NCBI GenBank assembly: GCA_965223845.1
Contig: CBDCXR010000004.1
Coordinates: 3,296,001-3,360,000, forward strand
DNA: 64,000 bases
From: Planctomycetota bacterium
GTDB lineage: Bacteria; Planctomycetota; UBA8108; SXIK01
Reading direction: 5' to 3'
A program made the position numbers and the translations under genes. How positions within the stretch are numbered: position 1 is the stretch's first letter; each line of letters starts with the position of its first letter. Shown here one piece after another: positions 48,126 through 57,303 of this stretch. The notes beneath the pieces are model-generated. The model searched no databases, had not been told where the DNA came from, and saw only the letters and a list, made by a program, of their open reading frames with translations.

Positions 48126-50228
48126 CTAGGCACCGCCGACCCAGGAGACGTCGTCGAAACTGATCTCGACGGCCACCTCGCCGAGAACCACGGTGAGACG
48201 ACGTCCGCCCTTATCGATCTTTCGGACGGTACCTCGCTCGCGGAACTTCGGCACGAAGACTTCGTCGCCCTTCTTGAGGGAGCGTGCGAAGTCCTCGCGG
48301 CGCTCCCCGAGGGGCGTCGCTCGAAGCAGCTCGTCGATCGCTCCACGAAGCTCGTCGATCGCCGCTCGGTGTGCCTTCGGAACGTTTTGCATGCGACCGA
48401 CGAGCGCGAGCAGTCTCTCTCGAGCCGAACGCATCGTTCCGTCGAGTTGATCCTCGAACTCGCGGCGAAGGCTCTCGCGCTCCCGCTCGACGTCGCGCCG
48501 CTTCTCCTCGTACTCCTTACGCTCGCCCTGCGCTCTCCTTCGCGCCCGCTCCGTGCGCTGCTTCTCGCGCTCGATGCGTCGCCGCGTTCTCTCCATGCCG
48601 CGGAGGACGTCGCGAGTTGGCTCCTCGACGGCGTCGACGGATTTCTCCGCGGCCGCCACGAGCTCACGATCGACCCCGAGGCGCTTCGCGATCGCGAGCG
48701 CCATCGATCGCCCGGGAACTCCGGAAAGGAGGCGGTAGGTCGGCCGGAGCGACGCTTCGTCGAACTCCATCGCCGCGTTCTCCGCCCCCTCCCGCTGAAA
48801 GGCGAATTCTTTGAGACTCCCGAGATGCGTCGTCACGATCGTGTGCCACCCTCGCTCGAGTGCCTTGTCGAGAAGGGCTTCGCCGAGCGCCGCCCCCTCG
48901 AGCGGATCGGTGCCCGCGCCGAGCTCATCGAGAAGAACGAGCGACCGTTCTCCCGCATCGCGAAGGATCGTCACGATCTGCTTCAAGTGCGACGAAAACG
49001 TGCTCAAGCTCTGCTCGATGCTCTGTTCGTCGCCGATGTCGGCGAAGACTCCCTCGTAGACCGGTACCCGCGATCCCGCCGCCGTCGCGATCGGGATCCC
49101 ACTCAGTGCGAGGAGCACGCTCAAACCCGCGGTCTTGAGCGCTACGGTCTTTCCGCCGGTATTGGGTCCCGTGACCGTGAGCAGACGGTAGTGCTCGCCG
49201 AGGCGAAGACTCAGAGGGACGACCTTTGCGCGGACCTCGTCGATGTCGACGTCGCGGTGGTCCTTCGTTCGGTCGCGGGAAAGCCACAGGAGATACGGGT
49301 GACGGGCGTCTCGGAGATCGAGGACCTTCTGCCGCGTGATCTCGGGTGCGACGAGCCCGAACGAGTCCGCGTACGAGGCCTTCGCGTAAACAAAGTCGAT
49401 CCAACCGACGCGAGACTGAATGACGCGCAGTGTTTCCCGCTCCGCGAGCACGTCGCGAGTGAGCTCGCGGAGGATGCGCTGCTCCTCGTCCCGCGCGCGA
49501 TCGAGCGCATCGACGAGTTCGTCGCCCCGACTCGTCAGATCCTCCGGTTCGACGTAGAGCGTCGCCCCCGAATGCGAACGATCGCGAATCGGACCTCGCA
49601 GCCACGATCGATACTCCGACCGCACGGGCACGCAGTAGCGATCGTTCTTGAGCACGGGCCCGCCGCCCGAAAACGCCGCCCGAAGCTTGCCGTCGGCGAG
49701 GATGCGCTGAACGCGGGTGCGCAACTCCTCACGGAGACGCGCGACTCGCGCGCGGAGCTCGGCGAGTCGGTCGGACGCCTCATCGCGAACTCCGTCCCGC
49801 GGGTCGATCTTCTCGGGGATCCCCTCTCGAAGAGCCGGGAGGTCCTCGATCGTCTCTGCGAACCGTGCGAGCTCTGGCGTCAGAGACGAATCAGACGTCA
49901 GCGCAGCACGCAGCTGGATTCCGGCGCGAAGAAGATCGACGACATGGTAGAGCTCGTCCGGCTCCGCGGTCCGTCCGTGATCGGCGACGGCCTCGAGCTC
50001 CGATGCGACATCGCGCGCGCCGGCGAGAGGAAGGCGCGAGCGAGCGAGGAGCGCCCGCATCTCTTCGGTCTCGGCGAGCTCGCGCACGATCGTGTCGACG
50101 TCCGTTCGCGGCTCGAGCGCCTGCGCGACTCTCCGGCCGAGGACGCTCGCCGCGTAAGACGCGAGGACTTCGCGCATGCGGTCGTACTCGAGCACGCGCA
50201 GCGCGTGCTCACTCGATCCCGACACCAT
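48126..50228 (-). CDS. mutS2: MutS2 family ATPase lacking the C-terminal Smr domain
   Basis: LRVLEY, SHSGATLYVEP, ARHP, TGPNTGGKT, DIGDEQSIEQSLSTFSSH, LLDELGAGTDP, TTH, coiled coil. Ends at the KOW-like GDEVFVPKF...EISFDDV. Confidence 0.92.
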   Translation of the reverse strand: MVSGSSEHALRVLEYDRMREVLASYAASVLGRRVAQALEPRTDVDTIVRELAETEEMRALLARSRLPLAGARDVASELEAVADHGRTAEPDELYHVVDLLRAGIQLRAALTSDSSLTPELARFAETIEDLPALREGIPEKIDPRDGVRDEASDRLAELRARVARLREELRTRVQRILADGKLRAAFSGGGPVLKNDRYCVPVRSEYRSWLRGPIRDRSHSGATLYVEPEDLTSRGDELVDALDRARDEEQRILRELTRDVLAERETLRVIQSRVGWIDFVYAKASYADSFGLVAPEITRQKVLDLRDARHPYLLWLSRDRTKDHRDVDIDEVRAKVVPLSLRLGEHYRLLTVTGPNTGGKTVALKTAGLSVLLALSGIPIATAAGSRVPVYEGVFADIGDEQSIEQSLSTFSSHLKQIVTILRDAGERSLVLLDELGAGTDPLEGAALGEALLDKALERGWHTIVTTHLGSLKEFAFQREGAENAAMEFDEASLRPTYRLLSGVPGRSMALAIAKRLGVDRELVAAAEKSVDAVEEPTRDVLRGMERTRRRIEREKQRTERARRRAQGERKEYEEKRRDVERERESLRREFEDQLDGTMRSARERLLALVGRMQNVPKAHRAAIDELRGAIDELLRATPLGERREDFARSLKKGDEVFVPKFRERGTVRKIDKGGRRLTVVLGEVAVEISFDDVSWVGGA

Positions 50229-50330
50229 GGCGTCACCAGGGACGGATCGACGCGCACGGCTCGCGGCGAAGACCGCCGGCGCCGTCGAGACGCGAGGACC
50301 TCCCTTTCGGCTGGCACGCGCCCGCGAGCA

Positions 50331-50567
50331 TCACGCCTCGAGCTGGCGAACGAGCTCGCTCACTTCGCCCTCCTCGGGGAACCGCCCCACCTCCTGCTTG
50401 CTGAATACCGACGTGTCCCCGACTTTGACCAGGAAGATTCCCCCACCGCCCTTCACGAGCTTCGGCTGGACGCCGAAGTTCGATTCGAGTTCCGCGGCCA
50501 CACTGACCGCGCGCGGCTTGAAGTTTCACTGTACGCAGTACTCGATCGAGATCGCGAGTTCGCTCAT
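50331..50567 (-). CDS. SelW/SelT/SelH (Rdx) family selenoprotein, 78 aa, in-frame UGA at codon 14 (CVQU)
   Basis: GGAGG SD then ATG 50567. Translation: MSELAISIEYCVQ(U)NFKPRAVSVAAELESNFGVQPKLVKGGGGIFLVKVGDTSVFSKQEVGRFPEEGEVSELVRQLEA*. TGA at 50528-50526; Rdx motifs lie on both sides of the UGA. Confidence 0.9.
50497..50517 (-). promoter_or_regulatory. Candidate bacterial SECIS element
   Basis: Starts 8 nt after the UGA: stem GCCGCGC/GUGUGGC (7 pairs, 2 of them G-U) with G-containing loop GCGGUCA. Confidence 0.6.
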
Positions 50568-50588
50568 CTCTCCTCCAGATCCAAAAGG

Positions 50589-51275
50589 CTAGTTCGCGGT
50601 GGATTCAGTTTTCGCCGCGCGGATCCACCCGAGCAGCTTCGACGTCCGTTCGGTGATCGTCTCGAAGCTCCCGCTCGCAACGACGTCCTTGCTGACGAGC
50701 GCGGACCCGATGCCGACCGCGACGGCGCCGGCTCGAATCCACGACTGAACACTCTCCGCCGAGTACGCGACACCGCCGGTCGGCATCAGCGACGACCACG
50801 GCGACGGCCCGAGGACGGAATTGATGAACGTCGGTCCGCCGAGCGCGTCGGCAGGAAAGACCTTGATCACCTCGCAGCCGAGTTCCTCCGCCGCGGCGAT
50901 CTCGCTCGCGCTTCCGCACCCCGGTAGCACCGGTACCTTCCGCCGATTGCACGTCCGGATCACGTCCGCCGACAGAACCGGCGTGACGATGAAATCGGCG
51001 CCGAGCGAAAGATAGAGGGCAGCCGTCGCCGCGTCGCTGATCGTGCCCACGCCGACGATCGCGTCGGGAAGCTCGTCGCGGCAGGCTCGAACCATATCCG
51101 AGAACACGTTCGGGGCGCCATCACCGCGGTTCGTAAACTCGATGACCCTCGAGCCGCCGGCGTGGATCGCCCGCGCGATCTCGATCGCGGTCGGCGCATC
51201 CGCTTGATAAAAGATCGGAACGAGACCGTCGCCTGCGATGGTTTGCAGCGTCTCGAGTCGTCGAAACCTTGCCAT
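50589..51275 (-). CDS. eda: KDPG/KHG aldolase
   Basis: EFTNR, VGVGTI, GADFIVTP, PGCGSASEI, KVFP, MPTGGV. Confidence 0.9.
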   Translation of the reverse strand: MARFRRLETLQTIAGDGLVPIFYQADAPTAIEIARAIHAGGSRVIEFTNRGDGAPNVFSDMVRACRDELPDAIVGVGTISDAATAALYLSLGADFIVTPVLSADVIRTCNRRKVPVLPGCGSASEIAAAEELGCEVIKVFPADALGGPTFINSVLGPSPWSSLMPTGGVAYSAESVQSWIRAGAVAVGIGSALVSKDVVASGSFETITERTSKLLGWIRAAKTESTAN

Positions 51276-51447
51276 GATCGATCTTCACGTTCGAGAGGGA
51301 TCGGTCCCGGTCCGGCGTGGGCCGGGTGCGCGCGAACAAGTCGGAGAGTATAGCGAACGCGCTGCGACGCGGCCATAGACCGCACTCCCGCGCGACGGGC
51401 TTCCGATCTCCCTCGCACATCGCGCTCACCTCGCTATACTGCCGCGC

Positions 51448-53040
51448 ATGTTCTACGGGCTCACCGCAATCGATTGGCTCGTCGTCGCCGCTTACTTCGC
51501 CGTAGTCGCCGGCGTCGCCGCGTTCGTGAGTCGACGGTCGTCGAACACTCGCGACTACTTTCTCGGCTCGCGCGGGCTTCCCTGGTGGGCGTCGTCGCTC
51601 TCCATAATCGCGACCGAGACCAGCGCCGTGACGTTCATCGGCGTCCCCTACGAAGCCTACGGCGGCGATTGGTCGCTCCTCCAGCTCGTCATCGGATTCG
51701 TCTTCGGCCGGGTCTTTCTCGCGGCCTACTTCGTCCGCGCGTTCTATCAGCACGCCGACGAAACCGTGTACGCCTTCCTCGGCCGGCGATTCGGACGCGC
51801 CGCGCGTGCGACGGCCGGGGCGCTCTTCCTCGGCGGGCGAGTCATCGCAAGCGGCGTCCGTCTACTCGCCGGCTGTCTCGCCCTCGGTGTCGCCATCGCC
51901 GCCGCGTCCCCCGAAGCGGATCTCCGCGACGCGGTCGCAGCGGCGACGATCGCACTCGGAATTTTCGGAACCGCGTTCACGCTCGTCGGGGGCATCCGCG
52001 CGGTCGTCTGGACGGATGTCGTCCTCGGACTGACGTTCGTCGCCGCTGCCGCGGGCTCGGCGGTCTACATGCTCGCGGCCTTGTCGCCGGAGCCATCGCT
52101 CGCCGAGGCGCCTCCATTCACTCTCGACGAGTTCTTGAACCGGGCGTCGGTGATCCATCTCTCCATTGACCTGAGCGACGGTCGGTCCCTTCTCGCCGGC
52201 GTCCTCGGTGGGTTCTTCCTCACGCTCGCGACGCACGGGACGGATCAAGACATCGCGCAGCGGATGCTCACGGGCGCCGACGCGCGCGCCGGTCGCCTGT
52301 CCGTGCTCGGAAGCGCCGTTCTGATCGGCCCCCTGTTCACGCTTTTCCTCGTCGTCGGGACGCTGCTCTACTTCTACTACGGGCAGCATCCTCCCAGCTA
52401 TCCGATGCCCAGCGATCGGAACGCACTCTTTCCCGCGTTCATCATTCACGAGCTTCCCGCGGGATTCACGGGCTTCGTCGTCGCCGGCCTCCTCGCCGCA
52501 TCATTGAGCAGCCTCACGTCGGCATTGAACGCCCTCGCCGCGACGACGATCTGCGACCTCTACCGGCCGTGGCGCGAGCGATCCGGTGCTCGCCCGCTGT
52601 CCGATGCGCACTACGTGTGGGCCTCTCGCGCGGCGACGGTCGGGTGGGGAATCGCGCTCATTCTCACGGCGCTCGCACTCTACGGCAGTGATCAAAGCCT
52701 CGTCCCGTTCGCGCTCTCCGTCCTCACGTATTTTTACGGCGGCCTTCTCGGTGCGTTTCTGCTCGGGCTCTTCACCTCGCGCGGAGGAGCGGTCAGCGTC
52801 CCGGCGGGCATGGTGCTCAGCATTCCGGCCGTCGTCGCTCTTCAGACCCGCCAATTCATCGATCACCCTGAACGAGCTCCCGAGCTCATTCGCGGATCGA
52901 TCGAACGCCTCGCCGCAACCTACGGCGAGGCGATCCGGAGCGCCGTTCCGGATATCTCATGGCACTACTGGCTCATCGTCGCCGCGGCGATCACGTTCGC
53001 GGTGGGTCTGGTCGGAGCGCCGGCGCGCGAGTCGCGCTAA
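51448..53040 (+). CDS. Sodium:solute symporter family protein
   Basis: DYFLGSRGLPWW, SIIATETSAVTFIGVP, GGIRAVVWTD, GTDQDIAQR, LAASLSSL, many TM helices. Confidence 0.92.
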   Translation: MFYGLTAIDWLVVAAYFAVVAGVAAFVSRRSSNTRDYFLGSRGLPWWASSLSIIATETSAVTFIGVPYEAYGGDWSLLQLVIGFVFGRVFLAAYFVRAFYQHADETVYAFLGRRFGRAARATAGALFLGGRVIASGVRLLAGCLALGVAIAAASPEADLRDAVAAATIALGIFGTAFTLVGGIRAVVWTDVVLGLTFVAAAAGSAVYMLAALSPEPSLAEAPPFTLDEFLNRASVIHLSIDLSDGRSLLAGVLGGFFLTLATHGTDQDIAQRMLTGADARAGRLSVLGSAVLIGPLFTLFLVVGTLLYFYYGQHPPSYPMPSDRNALFPAFIIHELPAGFTGFVVAGLLAASLSSLTSALNALAATTICDLYRPWRERSGARPLSDAHYVWASRAATVGWGIALILTALALYGSDQSLVPFALSVLTYFYGGLLGAFLLGLFTSRGGAVSVPAGMVLSIPAVVALQTRQFIDHPERAPELIRGSIERLAATYGEAIRSAVPDISWHYWLIVAAAITFAVGLVGAPARESR

Positions 53041-53047
53041 GGACGAC

Positions 53048-53572
53048 TCATCTCTCGAGAGCGGGCTCCCCCTCGTACGGCGAAGAGAGTCGAGGAACCG
53101 CCCCTGCGCGCTCGAGGTTTCGCTGGAGCATGAACCAGTTGTAGAGCCGCTCGACATGATAACGCCGTTCGACTTCCTTCCCTTCAGCGTCGAAGAGGAT
53201 GTACGTCGGATAACGGTCGACGCGCAGCTTCGAGACCAGCCGCTCCTCTTGATCGACGAGTACGGGAACTCGAATGGGGTCGACGTAACGGCCGCGCACC
53301 CACTCGTCGATCTCTCTTCGATCCGGTCCGCTTGCGATCGCGACGAGATCGAGCGGGCTGTCGAGACCGTCGAGAGTGTTGAGCCCCGGAATCGCGCGTA
53401 GGCACTCCATTTCTTCGGTGCTGAGAAACGCGAGGACGGTGGGTTGCCCGTCGAGAAAATGCGGCCAGTACCACTGGCGTCCCTGCTGGGCGTCTCGAAG
53501 AATCAGCGGATGTCGGGCGCAGCCGACCATCCACAATGCTCCGATGGCCGCAGCGATCGTCCATGCTCGCAT
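53048..53572 (-). CDS. Thioredoxin-fold (TlpA-like) lipoprotein with atypical active site
   Basis: Lipobox MVGC; GQPTVLAFLSTEEMECLRAIP; PVLVDQEERLVSKLRVDRYPTYILFDAEG. Confidence 0.7.
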   Translation of the reverse strand: MRAWTIAAAIGALWMVGCARHPLILRDAQQGRQWYWPHFLDGQPTVLAFLSTEEMECLRAIPGLNTLDGLDSPLDLVAIASGPDRREIDEWVRGRYVDPIRVPVLVDQEERLVSKLRVDRYPTYILFDAEGKEVERRYHVERLYNWFMLQRNLERAGAVPRLSSPYEGEPALER

Positions 53573-53606
53573 GCTTCGCTCCTCTCTATCTCTTCCTTCG
53601 GCTTTC

Positions 53607-55091
53607 TCAGAAGCGTCGAACCTTCCCGAGCGGCACGGCGACGAACGCCAGTCCGAGCTCGCCGCTCGCCGCGTCGTAGAGGCGTATCCAGCCGTCGTAC
53701 CCGGCGACCGCGACCTGTGAGCCGTCGGACCGGAAGGCGACCGCGTAGACCCAATCTTCGTGCCCCTTGAGAACCGCAGCGCGCTTCCCGCTGTCGACTT
53801 CGTAAAGACGAACTTCGTCCGCTTCGCCGCCGAGCGCGAGCCTTTTCCCGTCGGGACTGAACGCGAGCGCGAGCACGGCGCCCGGCTGTCGCTCGAGCTT
53901 GCGAACTTCCTTCATGTCCTTCGCGTCGAAGAGAATCGCATCGTGCGACTCGGCGCCGACGAGGAACTGAGTCGACGCCGGACGCGCCACGAGCCGCATG
54001 ACGGGGCCGTCGATCGTCGCGACGTTCTTGAGGAACGATCCGTCCGCCGCCGTGCTCACCTTGACGGTTCGATCCCGACCGGCGGAGGCAATGCGTTCGC
54101 CGCCCGCGGCGAACGCGACACCGAACACCCAGTCGGAGTGAATCTCCGATGAGTAGATCGTTTCTCCGCTCTCCGCGTCCAGAACATGAAGCGCGCGATC
54201 CGTTCCGGCGACGGCGATCCGCTCGCCGTCACTCGAATACGCGACCGCGTAGAGACAATCCGCTCCGAGCCGAACGAAGCGCGCGAGCTCGCCCGTCTGC
54301 GCGCGCCAAATCTGAAGCTCACCGAATCGAGCCGGACTGCCACCGACCGCGGCGAGGCGACGGCCGTCGGGCGACCACGCGAACGAGTAGAGGCTCTCCG
54401 CCTCTCCGACCCAACGCTCGGACGGAAACGAGGGCGGTGTCGACGACGAAAGATCGTAGACGAGGATTTCGCGGTACGCGGCGACGTAGAGTCGCGGCGA
54501 ACTCGCGACCGGGGACTCCAGGCCGGGGGATGAGGCGCTCGCGGCAGCCGGCTCCGATTTGGGCCCGGACGAGAACGTGATCGCCGTGATCGCGGGTGCT
54601 CGCCGGTAGACGGGAGGATCGAGGGGACGCGAGTACGGCTCATCGCGCGGGACCGGGCGTCCCCGCGCGAGCCCATCTTCGATCCAGCGGCGGATCACCT
54701 CCACTTCGGCGGCGCTGAGCGGCCCCTGCTTCTCCGGCGGCATGACCGGCTTCTCGGCGCGCGATACGAGACGGAAGAGCCGACTCTCCTCCACGCTCCC
54801 GGCCGCGAGCGAGACCCCCTTCCGACCCCCGGCGAGAATCGCTTCGAAGCTCTCGACGCTGAACCGCCCCTTCGGGCGCTCGCCGCCGTGACAGCCGAGG
54901 CACTTCTCGCGGAAGATCGGCTCCACATCTCCGTAGTACGTCGTCCTCGACGCGGCGTCCGGACGATCTTCGGCCGTACTCGTCTCCGCGAGCGACGCGA
55001 CGAGCGCGACGAGTACGAGTGCGCCCGCCGGCGTCCGCTGCGCTCTCGCCCGGCTCGCCGGGGAGATCGTGCTCCGTCTTCTCGGTGCCAT
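53607..55091 (-). CDS. Planctomycete cytochrome c domain plus WD40 repeat protein
   Basis: DVEPIFREKCLGCHG, MPP...IRRWIEDG, followed by WD40 repeats (WSPDG, YSSDG, FSPDG, GHEDWVYAVAF). Confidence 0.9.
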   Translation of the reverse strand: MAPRRRSTISPASRARAQRTPAGALVLVALVASLAETSTAEDRPDAASRTTYYGDVEPIFREKCLGCHGGERPKGRFSVESFEAILAGGRKGVSLAAGSVEESRLFRLVSRAEKPVMPPEKQGPLSAAEVEVIRRWIEDGLARGRPVPRDEPYSRPLDPPVYRRAPAITAITFSSGPKSEPAAASASSPGLESPVASSPRLYVAAYREILVYDLSSSTPPSFPSERWVGEAESLYSFAWSPDGRRLAAVGGSPARFGELQIWRAQTGELARFVRLGADCLYAVAYSSDGERIAVAGTDRALHVLDAESGETIYSSEIHSDWVFGVAFAAGGERIASAGRDRTVKVSTAADGSFLKNVATIDGPVMRLVARPASTQFLVGAESHDAILFDAKDMKEVRKLERQPGAVLALAFSPDGKRLALGGEADEVRLYEVDSGKRAAVLKGHEDWVYAVAFRSDGSQVAVAGYDGWIRLYDAASGELGLAFVAVPLGKVRRF

Positions 55092-55333
55092 GCCGATCGA
55101 CCTGTGCCCTCCGTCTTCTCGAGTGCCGGATTATCGCACAGCGGGATGGTCCCCGCCAACGGGCCCGCCCACGGAACGGATCACACACCGAACAGTCCCC
55201 GATCGACCGCTCGTCGTCGCTCAGCCGGCGGGAACGGAATTGCCGCTGAACGTCGCGATCGCGCAGGAGAATCTCGCCGCTTCGACCGAAAAGATGGACA
55301 GAGACTCATCGACTCCAGCCTCGCAAGCCAGCT

Positions 55334-56017
55334 ATGGACTCCGCCCTCCTCGCTCTCGACTTCGACACCATCCTCTTCGCCGTCACCGCGGTGATCGCGG
55401 GCGTCGTCGCGTGGGGACTGAGCGGACGGAAGCAGCGACGCCCCGACGCGAATGAAGAGCGCACATCGACGCCTGAACCGGTCGGTCGCTGGCGCGTGTT
55501 TCGACTCGACCCCGGCGTCTTTCACGACGGAAGCACGAAGGAGCGAGCGGTCGCGAAGGAGGAGCCGCGCGGCGGTGTCATCGCGGTTCGAACCCGCTAT
55601 CAAGGTGCGTGGGAGCTCCGCGCTTCCGACTTCGCGGGTCACGAACCGACTCCTCGGGTCGAGATCGCCGAGCGGGGCGTTTTCTCACCGCGCATCGAAG
55701 CGCAGGTGAACGGAAAGACCTGGCTCCGGCTTCCCGCACCACGAGCGGACGACGCGAAGATCGAGCTGAGCCGCCGGGGCAGCAGTCGCGAGCTCAAGAT
55801 TACGGGCGATCCGCGCGGTGACGAGTACGAGATCCGACGCGGCGAGCACCTCGTCGCGATCGTCGCGCGATCACGCGCGGAGAGCTCGCACCACGGGTCG
55901 GTCGAGATCCTGAAGACCGAGGATCCGCTGCCGATCCTCTGGTTCGTCCTCACTCTCGAAGCCGCGCTCCCACCTCGCGCCGCGAAACGAAAGCGCCGCC
56001 GGGCGCGGGCGAGCTAG
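55334..56017 (+). CDS. Membrane-anchored LURP-one/tubby-like hypothetical protein
   Basis: N-terminal TM; LKITGD...EYEIRRGEHLVAIV...SVEI...DPLPILWFVLTLE pattern. Confidence 0.6.
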   Translation: MDSALLALDFDTILFAVTAVIAGVVAWGLSGRKQRRPDANEERTSTPEPVGRWRVFRLDPGVFHDGSTKERAVAKEEPRGGVIAVRTRYQGAWELRASDFAGHEPTPRVEIAERGVFSPRIEAQVNGKTWLRLPAPRADDAKIELSRRGSSRELKITGDPRGDEYEIRRGEHLVAIVARSRAESSHHGSVEILKTEDPLPILWFVLTLEAALPPRAAKRKRRRARAS

Positions 56018-56078
56018 GCGTCCGCGTGCACGCGACTCCCTCCGGCGAGTCTTCGGCTCTCTCGAAGCGCTTCGCCCC

Positions 56079-56888
56079 TCACCCGAGCTCGCGCGATCGC
56101 TCCGTCGCCGCGACGACCGCGCTTTGAAGTGCCGCGCGAAGGCCGTGGTCCTCGAGAGCCTTTAGCCCCGCGATCGTCGTTCCGCCTGGAGTCGTCACGC
56201 GATCGCGGAGAACCGCCGGGTGCTCGCCGCTCTTCTTCACTACCTCGGCGGCGCCGAGCACCGTCTGGACGGCGAGCTCGCGCGCGACATCGCGCGGGAG
56301 GCCGACGAGCACTCCGCCGTCGGCGAGCGCTTCGATCACGGTGTAAACGTAGGCCGGTCCACTGCCGCTCAGTCCCGTCACCGCGTCGAGCTGGTGCTCA
56401 CTGACGCGGGCGACGGCGCCGACGGCGCCGAAGATCGACTCCGCGAGGTCGAGCTCCGCGGGACCGGCGGGAGCCACCGCCGCGATCGCCGTCGCGCCCG
56501 CTCCGACCGTCGCCGGGAGGTTCGGCATCGCGCGCACGACCGCCAGCTTCCGGCCGAACGCTTCCTGAATCGTCTCGCCGCGAACGCCCGCGACAACCGA
56601 CAGGACCAGCTGATCATCCCGCGCACGATCACGGACTCCGGCGACGACATCGCGAAGGAGAAACGGCTTCACCGCGAGAAGGACGACGTCCGCGCGCTCT
56701 ACGACCGTCGCGCTGTCAGCGTCCACCGCAACGCCGCACTCGCGCGCGAGCGCCGCGCGCACCTCAGCACTCGGATCGCCGACGATCAATCGATCGGGTG
56801 AAACTACTCCCGAGCGGACGACGCCGCGGACGAGCGCCCCGCCCATGTTTCCCGCTCCGATGATTCCCAGGGTCTTCTGCTCGAACAT
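56079..56888 (-). CDS. proC: Pyrroline-5-carboxylate reductase
   Basis: GIIGAGNMG, LLAVKP, VRAMPN, TGLSGSGPAY, VTTPGGTTIAG. Start ATG 56888. Confidence 0.96.
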   Translation of the reverse strand: MFEQKTLGIIGAGNMGGALVRGVVRSGVVSPDRLIVGDPSAEVRAALARECGVAVDADSATVVERADVVLLAVKPFLLRDVVAGVRDRARDDQLVLSVVAGVRGETIQEAFGRKLAVVRAMPNLPATVGAGATAIAAVAPAGPAELDLAESIFGAVGAVARVSEHQLDAVTGLSGSGPAYVYTVIEALADGGVLVGLPRDVARELAVQTVLGAAEVVKKSGEHPAVLRDRVTTPGGTTIAGLKALEDHGLRAALQSAVVAATERSRELG

Positions 56889-57303
56889 CGCGTCCTTCCG
56901 GTCCGTGGCCTGCCGCCGCTCGCGCGCGGGATGCGCCGTCAGTGTACCGAATCCGAAGACCGTATCGCGCTCAAGCTGGGATCGGTCGCGCGAGATCTCG
57001 CGTTCGCAACTGGACATCGGGCTCCGTCGGGGCGAGCGACGGCCGTCCTCCCTACTATCGGCGTCTCCTCGTCGTGCCGGCAGGCCGGGTCGAGACCGGC
57101 GAGTTCCGGAAAAGACATCCCCGTTTCCGCATGCATCGGTCCGCGCCGGCCGGACGCTTTAGCGACGATCCTTCGAGTCGAGCGCTCGCGATCGCTTGAT
57201 CCCTCCCGCACGGCGTGGCATCGTGCGCTCTCGACCTCGCCCGATCGCGGGCGCGAACCGCCCTCCTTCCCCGGGGTGAATCCTGCGTCGAAGACGAACC
57301 ACC

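Noticed and set aside
50233-50529. 98-aa minus-strand ORF from the track
   Set aside because: Out of frame with the Rdx selenoprotein, which has the SD and family motifs.
53400-53430. Second selenocysteine codon in the thioredoxin-like gene
   Set aside because: The active-site codons read GAA GAA ATG GAG TGC; there is no in-frame TGA.
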